Counted from the first letter of the whole stretch, positions 10,604-26,545 are shown. The stretch: DNA of 62,984 nt, filler included, from Platydemus manokwari (GCA_037951405.1; 5 parts of 5 records of this genome joined end to end with filler, not necessarily neighbours in it); one strand, 5' to 3'. Translations and numbers: made by a program. Notes: a model not told the origin generated them from the letters alone.

Positions 10604-13600
10604 TATTAAAACAAATAATTCAATAAGGCCCGAACGTAACAATGTAACAAATTTTACGATTAACAGTTATTGATATTTTTTAATTCAATTACTGTGGTTT
10701 AGCTAACTAAATAACTTGATCAGTAAACAAATGATTTAATTAATAANNNNNNNNNNNNNNNNNNNNNNNNNNNNNNNNNNNNNNNNNNNNNNNNNNNNNN
10801 NNNNNNNNNNNNNNNNNNNNNNNNNNNNNNNNNNNNNNNNNNNNNNNNNNNNNNNNNNNNNNNNNNNNNNNNNNNNNNTTTGTTATCATTATTATATATT
10901 GTGAGAAAATTTTCGAAAATACATTCTGACATCGTATTGTTTCCATAACCGTTATCAAAAATATCTAAACAATTAATAATCGATATTCATAATAATCCTT
11001 GTCTGTTAAAATCGATCAACTATATCAATTCCTTCAGTTAGATTTATCAGTAATATAAAAATTAAATTTCTTAATTCATTACCTTGTTATTAGCGAATGG
11101 AAATTGATGAATTTGTTCGACAAATTTCAAAAGGTCTACTTTAAAATTTTGTTTTACTAATGATACTCTGTATTCAATGCATTGGATTTCTGATCACGCG
11201 ATTTCTAGAATAGATATATATGTTTGCTACTATAAATAAATATAAAAATGCTAGCATTAGATAGAAATTTTTATAACTTGATAAGTTTTTGAGTTAACAC
11301 TTCATAACACCATAATGTGTAATAATAATATAAATGGATAGCTCAGATATTATAAACAATTGTCGAATATATATGTTTGGATGTCACAGAAGGAATAAGG
11401 ATATTCAAGGCCATTTTTGGATATTTTTATTAAATGATAATTTTGAAAATATCACAACTTCGTGGAGATGGTTTTTAATTTGGATTATGAACTCGATTCG
11501 TATTTAAATAATTATGATAATCATTGGAAGATTAATTAGATATGACATGCTACTCTATAAAATCAATTTCATTTCGAAACCCTATTGCTTATTGTTGTCT
11601 TTTAATGGATTCAAGATGAGTGCGGGCCATATTCTATAGAGGTTGTTTAGCTTTGGATAATAACTTCCTTACATCCTTTGATAGTTAATTTGATTAACTT
11701 CTGCCAATTAAAACTGATATAATAATGAAAATAAATAATAATATGAGCAATAATTATTTTATAAATAATAATAAAAATGATAATGGTAATAACATTAAAT
11801 ATAATAAATTGTTTANNNNNNNNNNNNNNNNNNNNNNNNNNNNNNNNNNNNNNNNNNNNNNNNNNNNNNNNNNNNNNNNNNNNNNNNNNNNNNNNNNNNN
11901 NNNNNNNNNNNNNNNNNNNNNNNNNNNNNNNNNNNNNNNNNNNACATTGTCACAGTATTGCATACCAATAGAGATTCATCTATTCATGATTGTATTTAAT
12001 AGGGTTATTTATAACTTAAAACCGTATAAGAATTTAATTATATTCGAAAGCATGTTTTTTGCTTGACTAAAGTAATATTTGACAGGAAAAGATTGTCTTG
12101 ATTTAGTGTTATTAATTATGTAATTCATTTGACATATGAAGTGGATTAAGCCCTTACTTATAACATTAATTCTAGCATGTTTCTCTACTGTAATTTAACA
12201 ATTTTGTTTTCAGCAACGAAGCAGAGGAGAAGTGCGGGGTACAATGGCTAACATATAGACGTATTCCAATTATTCCAAATTTAGCCTCAACAGCAATCGA
12301 TCTCAACATGATTCTAACTAGCTATATAATTATTGTGTTTTGTGATCGTGGCTGCTTAGAAACTATTATTATATAATACTTTACAACTAGACCTGTTTAA
12401 TGATGATCAACGTTATTCTTTGCTGTTATATATTTGCTATCGAAGCATAATATTGAATTTGGAGGATCATGATCATGATTTCTTTTTGATTTGTATTCGT
12501 TCACTGTGTGGTTTTCTCTAAACTTTTATTTGTTTCTGTATTTACTTTATTTTAAACCATCACCTTTATTGTGGTGAATTAGATAATTAACCGTAGCATT
12601 TATTCGCATAATGTGTAGTAGTTGTGAGATTTTTAGTGGACTTGTTTTTGTACACTATCTCTCAGTGCAGATGGTGGAGAGAGATATCATTATAATAAAT
12701 ATATAAGCATATATATATATTTCATCTGCACTGGGCTCATCATTCCGCATAATTAGGTATTTTGTGATATAATATATATACATATTATACATTTCTATTA
12801 GTGTTTGTTTGTCGTCTGATATTTGAATGATATTGACATATCTTATTTTCGTGTTTTATTAAAACAAAATTTTCTGTCGTAGTGTCCCATGTGATAGTTG
12901 ACAAGAATATACTCTCAATATTAATGTGTACGGTGTTTTAGATCACTTTCATTACATTTATACATTAACCCTTTGCGAAGTAGTTTGTTATATAGTTACT
13001 TATCAATTTAATAATAATTTTTGTATTCCGTTATTTAAATTGTTATGTGAATTGTGGTCAATTGGAAAGAAGGAGTACAGCCGGGATTGTTGCTTAACAA
13101 TAATAAAATTAGGACAATTTTTGTTTTGTTTATTTTGGAAATATTTGGAATTAGAATTTTCAATGTTGCTATCGAAGTGCATTGCTAGTATGTCTTTGTT
13201 TTTAAAAGAAATAGTTGGTAGGATTCTTAGCGCTGTCAGTGAGAATTTTTGAAAGTTAAAATTAATCGTTCGGTATCAAATAGACATCGCACTTTAATTT
13301 GCAGATTATTTTTTAACAATTATATAAATCATAATTTGGTGTAATATTTATTTAATTTTTTAAATACTAACATGAATTTTGTTAAGTAAATATCAATATA
13401 TACACATTATTTAATCGGTAAACATTTTATCAATAAAGAATTGTTATTGTTTTGTGTTATTTAACGTTTTGTCTATTTATCTTTTAACATTTCTGAAATG
13501 GCTATCTAATTAATAATCAACATAACAAATTTGAATGCCTGGAAACAAGACAATCATGGATTAATTATATATGATAACAATGGATGTAAGCATTGTGTTT

Positions 13601-16600
13601 GGCTGTATTAAGTAAATAGCGATACATTGCGTTTATTTAAGCGCAACTGGTGAGTTTGTTTTTGACAATCCTTTTACCTACAGATAAGTTTGATGATAAA
13701 ATCACTAACAAAACACTCAATTGATTCTTTTATTAAATCTCTCAATAAAAATTGACCAAGTTAATTTACAAAAGATAGAATAGAGACCGATTTGAGAACA
13801 GTTGGCCTATCATATCACTCTCTTGTTTGATATCGATTTTATAAATAAGGAAATATCAATTGCCTGCATCTCGATCCAATTGATAATATATTTTTCCTTT
13901 GCGACACCCTGTTGTTTAGCTAATCACAGTTTATTGTCGTACACGTCTATTTACTGCTCAGACTTCATTTATATGTGTCACTATACTATCAGGGAGCTTT
14001 ATCCTTACAACGTTTCTTTATCGTTTCTAGTTTTCTACTTGTTTACCGTGTGTTTTCTCAACGAATTAGCTCTCAGCGTACACTATTTCCGAGCTACAAT
14101 TCACTCTTAATTTATAAGTTATTTATAGTAACATTGTTTTTAATATCTAAAATTATTTATTTTACTGATTTTAAATAATAAAGCATTCCTTAAAATTCTT
14201 AAAAATAACTTTTTGCCTTAGTCTTGATTTGATCATTAAAAAGACAAAAGCCTTTTACCCTGCCTTTGAATTATTGATAAGTCGAATTACATCTCGAACG
14301 GTATGTTATTAATATTTATGAATGGTGAATGTCAAAATAATAATTAGGAATCACAATATTATGCGGATAATAATCACGGTCCGGAAGCTCACTCACAATA
14401 ATCAAATAAATAATCAGTACACGCTGGGATAAGCACCTAAAGTTAGACAGTGACAAAAATAACAATCATAAAGACTGGTTGCTACAATATTACATAAATT
14501 AATGACGGATAAAAGTTACCAACCAATAGGACTACCAAATACTTCCGAGATCCAGGTCTTTTCATAGGCTTATCATGTGTGCTTAAGTGATGTCCCAAGA
14601 CTTTACTTTACCGTTCACAAGTCGGTTTATTAGCACATTTTCTTGTATCTCTCTGATTATTCTCGTATCTCAATGTTTGTTGCTTGATATTGGTGTGCAC
14701 CAATTGATTGTCGAGTTTATTATATATAGATTGATATTTAGAAAGAACCTGATTGATTGGTGACAGTGTTTAACGAAACCGTATGTATCGACACTTTGAG
14801 GGTTATTTATAGCATACTCAACAGTTATATTATTTCTTCTTAAAGAGTTTACGTTATTTAATAAGACTATCACCGCCTTATTTAATTAAATTAAGTTAAT
14901 TTTTTTCTTATATATATTGCTTAACGCATTTTTATAGTTTTGATCAATGCGTAAAATTCACGACTCAAATGTGAAAGTCAAATTATTAAAATCGATAAAT
15001 ATTGACGGATAAATCCGATTGTAATTTTGTTTGAACTGGTCTTTGATTGTTCAATAACTTCCCTGATAACTTTGATCACGTCAGAAACCTTGCTTTGATA
15101 TGTTGTTTTCTTTTAACTCAATATATTTGGTCAATAGATCAGTTTGGTTTTTGGCTGTATGCCAAAATTTTGAAGTAAATAATTAATTTAGAGACAATAG
15201 TTCTGGTAAACAACGGTTACAAATTAATATTTTTACAGAACTCCAATGAGTTTTTAGATATTTCTAAATCCATCTTACAATAATTTCGGGAATGAAGTTT
15301 CAATCCAGCATCATTGACACTGAGACTGGAACAAGCCTTATTATAATATTTATTATAATATTTGACTAAAATCCTAATAATTTTTATATGTAACTGAAAT
15401 TATTAATATTTCGGCTGTAAGAAGAACCTTAAATAGCCACTTCGGCATAAAAAATTAACTTATGTTGTCAATTATATGAAAAATAGTTAGTGTTGTTTAA
15501 AGAGTTCATTATTATAGGAAGTAGTTTTATTAGTTAGTTGCTTGAACTTGATGCTTGATGTGTGCTCACAGTTGTTATTTTTAAACTTCCTTCGTTTGAA
15601 AGTTTTATATTCATTTATTACATAATTTTATAGTTATGATCATGACTTGATCTAGGAACAGCAAAATCAAACAAAGATTTTTTTATATTGTCTTTGATAA
15701 CACAAATGTTGGGGTTTTGGGAAATTACCTCTTATTTTGACAATTATTGTATGCCATGCCGATATAGATGTATAAACGTAGTTAATTTTTATTATTGTTT
15801 CCTTTGTAATGTAAATATAATTTTTTATCTTTAAAAGCTTTTTCAATGTGCAAATGATATTTGAAAATATAAGTAGAGAAAACCAGAATAATAGAATAAG
15901 AAAATATTGAATGAATTGANNNNNNNNNNNNNNNNNNNNNNNNNNNNNNNNNNNNNNNNNNNNNNNNNNNNNNNNNNNNNNNNNNNNNNNNNNNNNNNNN
16001 NNNNNNNNNNNNNNNNNNNNNNNNNNNNNNNNNNNNNNNNNNNNNNNNNNNNNNNNNNNNNNNNNNNNNNNNNNNNNNNNNNNNNNNNNNNNNNNNNNNN
16101 NNNNNNNNNNNNNNNNNTGGTTTTAATAATAAAATCTTGTTATTGTAGATAAAATAGTTAAAAACTATTTTATGATAATTTTAAAGTTGATATTATTAAA
16201 ATAAAACAAATTTTAACAGAAATAAGTTTGATTAGGACTTATTTTTACACAGTGACCAAAAATTTAATTATTAAACCCATATTTTTACCCGCATTTTAAA
16301 ATAACATCAACAATAAAACCCCTATAAACTCGCATGGCAACAGGCTTCGGGAAAATATCCCCATTGAATTTATAAGCATCATCACAATAAAGCGGAAAAT
16401 TAAGCCCGCATATTTTATTCAAGCGCTATATTTCGCCATAGTCCAACAATCATATATAAGGCAATAGCACATCATATGCCTAGCCCTTAATTGGAAACCA
16501 CTAACCTATAGTGTGTGAATTGCTCAAGATCGATTTTGTCGCTGCCATTAAATATATGCCCTATAGAAATATAGGAAGAGTATAGACACATACTAATTGC

Positions 16601-19600
16601 CGAGGAAGGCAAAAGAATACATTCGTGTAAAATATATATATATATCAATTATATATTTCTCATATTCTCCCTATCAATCGACCAGAGCTCGGAAAACACT
16701 CTTGTAATGGACACTTACGCAATAGTCACGAAGGGTTTTGTTGGTCCATCATCTGCTATCCTGAAGTAGCACATTGATAAGTTTTTATCCAACGTTTAAG
16801 TGTATAGAAATAGTATTTAAAATTAACACATAAAAGTAGTATTTTATATCCATTTTATTTAATTGCTGTATACTAATAATTTGGTGCATTTATTTCATAA
16901 CAATAAACATTTGCGACATTAAACCGAGTTGGGTTTTTGATCAGCCAGTTGGCATAAGTTGTCATAATTTCATTATATATAAATCTCAATATCATTCATC
17001 ACCTTATTGGGGATAATTTGAGAATACATTTGATAAACGAGACTGAAATAGGAATAGTTGAGATAATAATAGAGGCAATAGTAGAATTAAAATCAATTAA
17101 ATCGATTTCTACGCCGTCCCACATATCTTCACATAAGTTGAGAACGTCGAGGCGAAGCAACATCAAAGTTTATAGTACAAAATACTATCTGAGAGTCGAA
17201 ACCGACTCAGAGTACTGATTAAGTCGTAGATTTCGATCAAGTAAAATAAGAATTAGTAAGAGAAAATAAGGTAGTGACCCCAAAACGTATCACTATTCTA
17301 AAAATAATTACCAAACATAGCGACTTAATTAGGATTTCCATGGATGTTTTCGCGTATTGATTGTCATTTTATGAAGATCAATTCGAATAAGCAGAAACAT
17401 TTTAAAATAGGAATTCAAATTGCCTTTTGGATTTGGATTTGGATTTGTTAAATATTTCTCATTTGTTTTCGTCTCATATTTGTATCATAATATCCGTTGA
17501 TTATAGATGTTCTTTCCTTTGTAGATTTTATGAGATACCAACTGAGTTATTGTAATTACTATACAATCACAGCTGGATCGATATTAGATTTGTCGAAATA
17601 TAATATAATACTAATAAGCCTCACAATTATTTTGATTATCTTTTGATGCGTTTTCAATGTCTCGAATTATGTTCATAATTTTAACGGTATATGTTTTATG
17701 TTGCAATTTCAAATGAAACAATGTAATAATGACAAGAAATAATTGAAATGTGCATACCCGACTTCTACTACTTCTTATGCTTTTCAAAGTAGCGTAGGAA
17801 TTCTTAATAAAAAATCAATGGAGAAATGTTAGCTAAACTATTAAAGATATTGACAAATATTAATAGCCAATTATATTTATTTAAGCTATTATTGTGATCA
17901 ATTTTTGAATTCACTTTCTGTTCAATCAATATCTTAACATAAATTTATCCGGTTTTTACAGCAAAAATATAAGTTTTTAAAAAATGACATATTTATATTT
18001 TTAAGAGGTTTCTCTGAACTCATGAGCTTAGATGCTGACATGGAACTATTGTTTTTTGTTTGGAATCAATAAAATGTTTAAAAAATATTTGAAAATTTTA
18101 TTTAACTTTGACTATTTTTATTTATTCGTTCAAAATTATACTTAATTTTGTAATTCTTGATTTTCTTTTATTATTTTAAAATTTTATTTCTTGTTTGGGA
18201 AATATGTATTGATTAACTCTCATAATTCTTTACTACTCCTTATAATCCTACATAGATTATTCTAACATGACCTTCACCAGTAATTATATTCTGTAGATTC
18301 AAATCTCAAAATACAATTTAATCGATGGAGGCCAAGTCATAATTCTAGACTTATTCTGTTTTAAACTTTAGCGACTTAAAAAAAACCATTAGTAATTTTT
18401 CGTTAAAGTTGTGTATAAAGAGCTCATTTGTGTGATCTGAATACTTGAATCCTGAATATTTTTATGATGTGATTTTTTAGAAAAAACCAATTTTGGCTAT
18501 CTAAATTCATTGAATTGATTCTGCGAAAAAATAATAAATTATACACAATTAGAATTAGCTGGTAGCTTTAATGAATATAATTTAAGATGAAAATCTGCCC
18601 AAAGTCACATAAAAAAGACAAAATTAGAATAATTCCTGAAATCATTGAAATCAGTAAAAAAATTCAGTAAAATTCATAGAAGAAAGCAATAAAATTTAAA
18701 ATAGATCTAAATTGCACAAATAAAACTAATTGATTTTCTAACTTTCTAAGGACATCACAATAAATAATCAATAAATTCTGATATTTATTGCTGTAAAATG
18801 ACATTTGTTTATAAAACATCGTCAGAATGGTTCATAGGAAATGGATATACATATCAAAGGCATTCTGATGGCAATTCAGAACCCAATTCGACACAAATAA
18901 TTCCCCATAACCAAATTGAGAGATGACTTGTGTGACTAAATTTGAAATTGTTCAAAAATATAAATTCGAGGCTAATTGAAAATGTGATCATCGTTAGTAG
19001 CGGCTACTTCACTTGCAATTGATGTTTCAACAAAAGAAGTCATTATTACGATTTTCTTAATATTTATTTAGTTATAACACTTAATTCAATTTTTTAAACA
19101 AAATATTATAATTCATTTTCTAGAGAGATTCGATTTTCAATCTTAATCAGGTATAGATAAAAATATTTAAATAATTTTCTAATTATTTTATTTTAAATAA
19201 TAAATTTTAAAACACTATTTGTTATATTTTTTTTAATTTATTATCTTAAACTGTAATTAAAAAAATTTATTAAAATAATTTTTTTAAACCAATCATTTAA
19301 AATTATTATTATTAATTAATTTAAACTAATCTTCACTGCTATTGAGTTTATTAAATTGAAATGAAGATTGCAAACCAAAAGAAAAAGAAAAAAATGCTAC
19401 TCTGCACTATTGTTCACATAAAATAATCATGAACACTTCACCATGACAATAAGCTCAATTCTAATAGGCTTGCAACTGGCTGCTCAAAACAAATAATATA
19501 AATAAACGCTAATCGACTTTCAACTGACAATAGGCTATCTAGTACATCTTATTTTTGTGTGTTACACAATATAATTTGATATTCTATTTCTCGATTGTTT

Positions 19601-22600
19601 ATTCTATTACTACATAATAATATTTCTACATGTATTGATATGTAATCATTTTCGTTTACCGAATTGGAATCTTCAATTTATTTCATCTCCAATTGGTTGG
19701 CTACTTTGTCAGTATGGTCGTGTAGGCGTAAACGTCAAAACAAGGGTTCCATTGTGCCAAAATTATAGGTTTTCTGAGATATTCAGAAATTAATCAGATC
19801 AACCGATAAACTATATTAACACACTATAAAGAGGCTAATTATTTTGACATGTTAGTCATCACTCTATCGGCTCCTATTAATCATATGCCTTATAAATAAA
19901 TTTCCTACCAAAGTAATTAAAATAGATTAACATATAACAGTTTCGATCCACAAAAATTATTTTCAAAAAAAGTAATAAAAATCAATAAATGTAATCGAAT
20001 CACCAAATTAATCATTATAAATAATCGAAATAGCAGCATTTTTTAAAATGGGATATCTATATTTAGTAATTAAAATGCCTTCAATTCAAATAATTGATCA
20101 TCAGAGCAAAACACAATGGTATGTAAGAGTGACAATTTAGTAAGCATAGGAACATTAATTAATAATTATTAGAGGAAAACCTTTTATTAGCGAAGAAAAT
20201 TTCATCCCGAAGCTGCGTTCGACCGTTACTGAAAATTGTTATAGTCAAGAGTTTAATTCTGCTAGGAGAATTTTATTTAGATCGCGTACAGTGTTTGGTC
20301 AACTGTCAAGTAAAATTTATTTAATTACTAATTTTTGTCGTGCACTAATAACGGTCGATCTTTTATTAATTAATCAAAAATCTTCGTTTGCTCCCATCAC
20401 TTTTTATATGTCTTATCAATTGAACGCCTAATTTTATCCAAATGACTTTCTCTTATCAGTTAAACATCTTCAAGCTTCGGTGATTCTGTTTTTAATATAA
20501 TGAATAACGGAGAGTAAGCAATAAATAAAAATCTTAGGCTCTGTTTGTATTTGATTAATTATATCCGGCTTTAGAATTGAAATAGATAAGATAATATTCT
20601 TATTTGTTTATCNNNNNNNNNNNNNNNNNNNNNNNNNNNNNNNNNNNNNNNNNNNNNNNNNNNNNNNNNNNNNNNNNNNNNNNNNNNNNNNNNNNNNNNN
20701 NNNNNNNNNNNNNNNNNNNNNNNNNNNNNNNNNNNNNNNNNNNNNTTCGGAAGTTAAGATTAGCCATGGTGTATTGTAAAGATTGTCTGTGTTTTATAAT
20801 TGAACCATTCCAAATATTCCAACTGGTAGACTAGTTTTTTAGCCGTTCCTTGGGTTATATAAATTCGGAAAAAATATCGAAAAAAAATTCTTAGTCATTT
20901 TACTTACCTTCCATATTACTCATTAATTTGTCATACATATACTCATTTGCATATTGTAATCCTTGATTTCATTTGTTTGTATCGACATACCTCCTATCTA
21001 TACAAGCCTGCCCACTGACCAACCAAAACAAGGTGAAAATTTCGATTCGACAAAATCCATGATTACACATTTACAAAAGCTATGGTTTCAACAATACCAA
21101 TAGTTAAAGATCAATAAACGTAATTAAAATTTTGCAATAATGGATACCGAATGAGAGTCGAACACACATATAAGTCCTAGCTATAATTAAAGAACTGCTT
21201 GACTTTATTCAATTGGTAAACATAGTGTTTTTTGTTTTCGCTTATTTGTTAGACAAAAATTCCTGCATTTCCTGATTTATCCTTTTTATTTATTATGATA
21301 TTCAACCATATCAGCATGTCTTTCATAATTACAGTTTTACTTCAAAATATTTGATGAAGAACTTATATTACTTATTAATATGATTATTAGATACAAAATG
21401 ATGAACAATATCTTATTGGAAATATATTTTGATAAAATCTAAGGTAAAAAATAAATCTTAGATTTTTAAGATCATTCCAATAATTTTAATTTATTTTTAT
21501 TGCCAAGGTCAAAGGTTAAAATTCGTATTAAACAAAAATAATTAATTAATATAAATAGACAGAGATATTTACCGAAAATATAAAAATAAAATAACATAGA
21601 GATATAAATAACTGAACTTTTAAATTTTATTAATTATGTAAACAAAAATATTAAAAAAAAACATATAGGAGAACAGAAAGATAAATTTTTAAATAGAATT
21701 AGCAATGTAAAGTGGATGAGAGTAAGGGAAGAAACATATGGAAGGCATGTATGCTTGACAGATAATGTATTTGCAATTTCTCATAAATACAAAATAAAGT
21801 AAACAAAAATATTTATTTTTAATGTTTTGAGTTTCACAAGTACTGTAATATTAATTAAGAAAACCGTAAAGAAGTTTATGCTATCCATTGTATATTAGTG
21901 TGTATCTTTAATAGCAGTATTTGTTACGGAAAATTAATAGTCATCCAGAAACAGTTTCAAAGCTGGTATTTCTGAAACAAATATAGGGGCTCAGTCTTCT
22001 TGTGAACATTATTAACGTTTATTATTAAATAGAGATTTGCATTTTTGGGGTTGTAATGTGTAATGTGTTTTGTAAAGAATAGATATTTATAAACTGAAGT
22101 ATTGTTTTTAAATCTCGATGTAGAACCAAAATACTGGTTATAGCCAAGTGGTTTTATCCTGAAAATTATTGTTGCCGCAAGTGTCAATATTATTGTCGCT
22201 ATTATTGTGAAATATTTTGATGGAATTAAATTTTCAGAGATTTAATTTGATATAAAATTATAATAATTTATTTAGATAATAGTGTTTAAATACATTTAAT
22301 TTGCTGTCGTGAATTTTCAGTTCGTCTTCGATGAGTGCATTATAAAATAGTAGCGGCCCACAGTTATCATTCATTGTGAAATTAGCATGAATAATTTTAT
22401 CATAAAAATAATAACTTATATTGATATTATTATAACCATTACTACTTTTTATAGTAATTATAATTCTAATTTTTGGAGTCCTCAAGCATAAAAATATAAT
22501 TTTGATTTCACTATCCGAATCTTATCTATCTGATAAACATTAACGACAGAATTCTTATGCTTCCATTAAGTATTTATTAACACAATTAATACATGCAGGG

Positions 22601-23840
22601 TTGAGCATTTATTAATATTAAATGGAACAATTAGTGATACTGTACCGAACTACTCCTGACTGTATTATTCCATTCTATCTTATAGGCATAACTCATCACT
22701 AAAATTCTACAATATATTTATAAATCATAATAGTAGACATTTTTTTGTGCTTGATAAGTTTTAATAATGTTTTTACAGGGTTTTTCATATTTGTTTATTT
22801 CTTTCAAATTCGTTTCATTTCGACCATAATATAAACATGGAGTCTTTGTTGTCTTAGATTGAATATTTTATCCTTCCACATGATACGATTTTTAATTATT
22901 GGAATTTATTTCACATGGGCAATTTTATATGTCGAGTATTAACGTTATTGATATTAACACGTTGACGGACACTTGCGTTTATAATCGTCAATTTCGAACT
23001 TCATTTGTTCCTACTGTCCGTCAATGTGTTAATAACATTACAATTCCAATCTCTATTGATTTATTTGATTTTTTTCTGATTTTGTTAATATTTCCAAATC
23101 TTTCTTGTTCTTCTTATTTTCTTTTGCAAGAATGTCGATTTATTTATCACACGATCCATGAATGTCATTTAAATTGTGTTCCTCATTATAAATTATGTAT
23201 TTTTAATTTAGGTTTTATTTTAAAAAATTTTGACTTGCTAAAAATATATACAATAATAATAATAATCAATTAATGTAATCAAAATCGATGAAATCAATGT
23301 GTATACTTAAGCCTTATCCTGTTACATATAAATTTGCTAATATTTCAAAGGTACACCAACAGATTTATAATTTCGAACTGAGTCGATAATTCATGTTCGA
23401 TCTGTTTATGATTCAGAGTCAGATATATATATGTTACTGTATCCGATATACATTTACATACACTCAACAAAATAATATATTGCTACCAGAGAAAGTTGAT
23501 AATTGAAACGTGTTTCATTCCGTAATGAGAAATGCAATCATTATTTAATAAATCATTTGTTTTCCTTTCATTAGTTAGCCTCATTATAAAAACTAATTGA
23601 TTTCGAGGAAATAGGCTTCTTTGGACATTTGGAATCTCATGATAATTCCTGTAACGAAACCATCCTTAATTAATACGACGAAAATCATTTTAATTTATTT
23701 TCATGCCCATTATTATCGATTCAAAGAGTTAATTCCGATATTTTTGATTAAATTAATAAAAAAATTTATTTTTTTCTTTTGTTTGAATGAATAACGAAAT
23801 AAAATGGAAAATCAATTTAGATGAATTACATTGATATATA

Positions 23841-23940
23841 NNNNNNNNNNNNNNNNNNNNNNNNNNNNNNNNNNNNNNNNNNNNTTAATTAATTAANNNN
23901 NNNNNNNNNNNNNNNNNNNNNNNNNNNNNNNNNNNNNNNN
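23841..23940. other. Artificial assembly linker N44-TTAATTAATTAA-N44
   Basis: Same 100-bp structure as 10504-10603. Confidence 0.95.
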
Positions 23941-25030
23941 GATAGAGTGATCAATGTTTGTGATATTGCTGTGAAGAACAAAAACAGAACAAAATAAAAA
24001 TGAAATTTACCTAAACCTATGGTTTTTGTAATATCATCGATATCCATATTGAAATGATTTCAGTTGGCCAGTGAATCATAATAAAATAATCAATAATGGT
24101 CAAAGCTGTTCCATACAGTTGAAGAAAATGAGGGTTACTCTTCAATGTAGAAAATCGCAATCTACAAGTTTTATTTATGAATTCACTACAGTTTGTGAGT
24201 TATTGATTTTATTCGAAAATAAATTTTTTTAATTACCATAATTTTGTTCCTGAAATATTCATTAATCATTTTATATTTTAACGATTTCTTCTTCCAATTA
24301 CACTCAATTTTGACGCGAAATATTTGAATATTTTACTTATTATTCCTGTTATATTTTGATTTTGTTTTTTTATTTTATTGAGTTTTATTGATTTATTTAT
24401 TTTCACAATTTTTCTAGAATTTCTTTTATCAAAATATGAGCAATACAACTTCCAAATTGCTCCTCAAAATAGTGGAAATTTCTTAATAGTTGTTTTGAAT
24501 AAAGAGTTCCAATTATTTTGAGCAAACATTCCGAAATAATCTTTTTAATCCAACTTAGATCATGGATATTCAAAAATATTGAAATGTTGATATTTGATAG
24601 CTTTGAGAATAAGTGATTATAATGTGGTGTGTTGGTATGATGTATATAGTTGTATCAAGTAATTTATTTTACCTTTACTTTTTCCTTTGTCGAAATTTTG
24701 TTGGTGTTCTGACAAATGTGACAATTTGACTGGAACAATATTCTGGGTATAAAAGTAGAATAATCTATGTATAATATAGTAATTTATAATTTTTATTATT
24801 TGGTTGTAAAAACTAATTGGAAAATATCAATTTGTTTTGTAACGATTTTCAGCTGGTGACAAATGTAACAATTATCGACATCTAACGTTGATTACATTTT
24901 TATGATGATACCGAAAATCGAAACATTTAGTTGCTCATGCATGAAGCAACTATTTTTCTTTTTCACCGCATTGTAGCGATATTTTTAAGTTTATTGCAAT
25001 GTAGCAATAATTTTTTATTTTAAACCTATT

Positions 25031-25125
25031 GTAAGCCGCTACTATTTTATAAAGAAAACGCATCGAAAACGAACTGAAAAGACTATTCTATTCAAAGACA
25101 ATTATTTAAACAAAATAAATAAAAT
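25031..25125 (+). repeat. Core of unclassified ~355-bp dispersed repeat family
   Basis: GTAAGCCGCTACTATTTT...CATCGAAAACGAACTGAAAAG, shared with copies near 8420, 26760(-), 43250(-), 46470, 46860, 47215, 49720 and 59710(-). Confidence 0.8.
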
Positions 25126-26329
25126 TTAATATCAAATAAATTTAACATCAAATAAAATTCAACATCAAACTAAATTCAATACAAATTCAATTGATATCCT
25201 CACACCTATTATTCGGAAAAATATGTGACATTTACTTAAAATGAACTATATATAATATTTAATAATATAATAAAATAAAACGTCGGGGAATTAAAAGAGA
25301 TTTAATAAATTAAAAACGAAGCATTTCTTAAAAATTGTATCAAAATATTTTATTTGCGGAGATTATAAAGCGCCGACACCGAAAAACATATAAATAGGAG
25401 TTGGAACATCACAACTCGCCCATTTCAAATTTTGAAACCACTAGGAAGAATACCCGAAGCTCATTTTTACAGAAATCACTAAACTAAAGTGTGTTAGCTC
25501 ATAACATTAAGAAGAATACGTGAATTTCGTGATACATATTAGTCATAAGAGTCTTTACTGTTTATGTCATTTGATTTCCATTCAAACCATTATATTGATT
25601 GTTCCGTCCAGACCATAACTGATAATCAATATTATTTATCGTATCGTCTATTATAATAATTATCGAATTATAGAGCTTTGTCTCATAAAAAACTCTTACG
25701 GATATTGGTTCGGTTTCTCGAGTGGAAGTTTGCAACCTTTCTTATTTTCCAGAATTGTAGGATTCATCGTCTAGGTGTATTTCATCGTTGTATATTGTAT
25801 TTAAAAACATAAAATTTGTATATTTTTATATTTGGTGTATATTTAGTAATCAATAAACATTACTGTATCAATTGATTGTTGAATTGTTGAATAGATAGAA
25901 TATAGGTAAAGGACATTTAAATTTCAGACTGATTTGTGATTAAGTTTTGAGACTGGTAATTATAAAATATAGTGTTCGGATTACTGCTGCCTATCGTACT
26001 ATCCTCATATAGTACTGATAGCGAGGTGAAGGCAGAAGATTATAAAATAAGGTTTCGTAGAGTGTACCTTAAGTAGTTGATCAGAGCTCACAGGGACTGG
26101 TCAAGAAGGCATTGATCCACAATAAGTTATAAAAATATTGAGATTGATTAGAAAATTAAACAAGCAACCCCAAAACACATCATTTTGACTGACAATTTTT
26201 TAAATGACTGCCACTCTATTTTTGCATTTTGTTGGCAATAGTGTATAGCGATATTAATGATAACTATTAAAATGAAGTGTACAGAATTATTAAACTGATT
26301 CTTCTTTTTCTCTTATTAATTTCTGTATT

Positions 26330-26545
26330 TCTTTTAGATATTTCCATATGCATCGTTACCATCATCTTTTTCATTCTCTTTTTCAATACTCTGAAATATC
26401 TGCAGGGCCTTACCTTTAAGATATCATGATAGACGGTGACACCTCTCATTTTCGGTACAGCCATGTGCGTCGGCTATCCAACCAAACTCATCAAAGAAAT
26501 CATCGAATGTTCCTGTCTTCCATCGAACAAGTTTAACACATTCTT
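26330..26545 (-). mobile_element. Gypsy gag N-terminal remnant
   Basis: Minus frame FDDFFDEFGWIADAHGCTENERCHRLS*YLKGKALQIFQSI matches the retrotransposon gag F..F...A....W......L...LKGKA pattern, with an internal stop. Confidence 0.7.

Noticed and set aside
12663-12733. 11-bp inverted repeat CAGTGCAGATG/CATCTGCACTG
   Set aside because: Short stem with a ~50-nt low-complexity loop and no TSD; insufficient to call a MITE or RNA.
16248-16450. CACAGTG (RSS heptamer / Transib-like end) with short downstream repeats
   Set aside because: No matching opposite TIR, nonamer or transposase found nearby, and a 7-mer is expected by chance.
10720-20834. ORFs containing runs of X
   Set aside because: Artefacts of translating N gaps.
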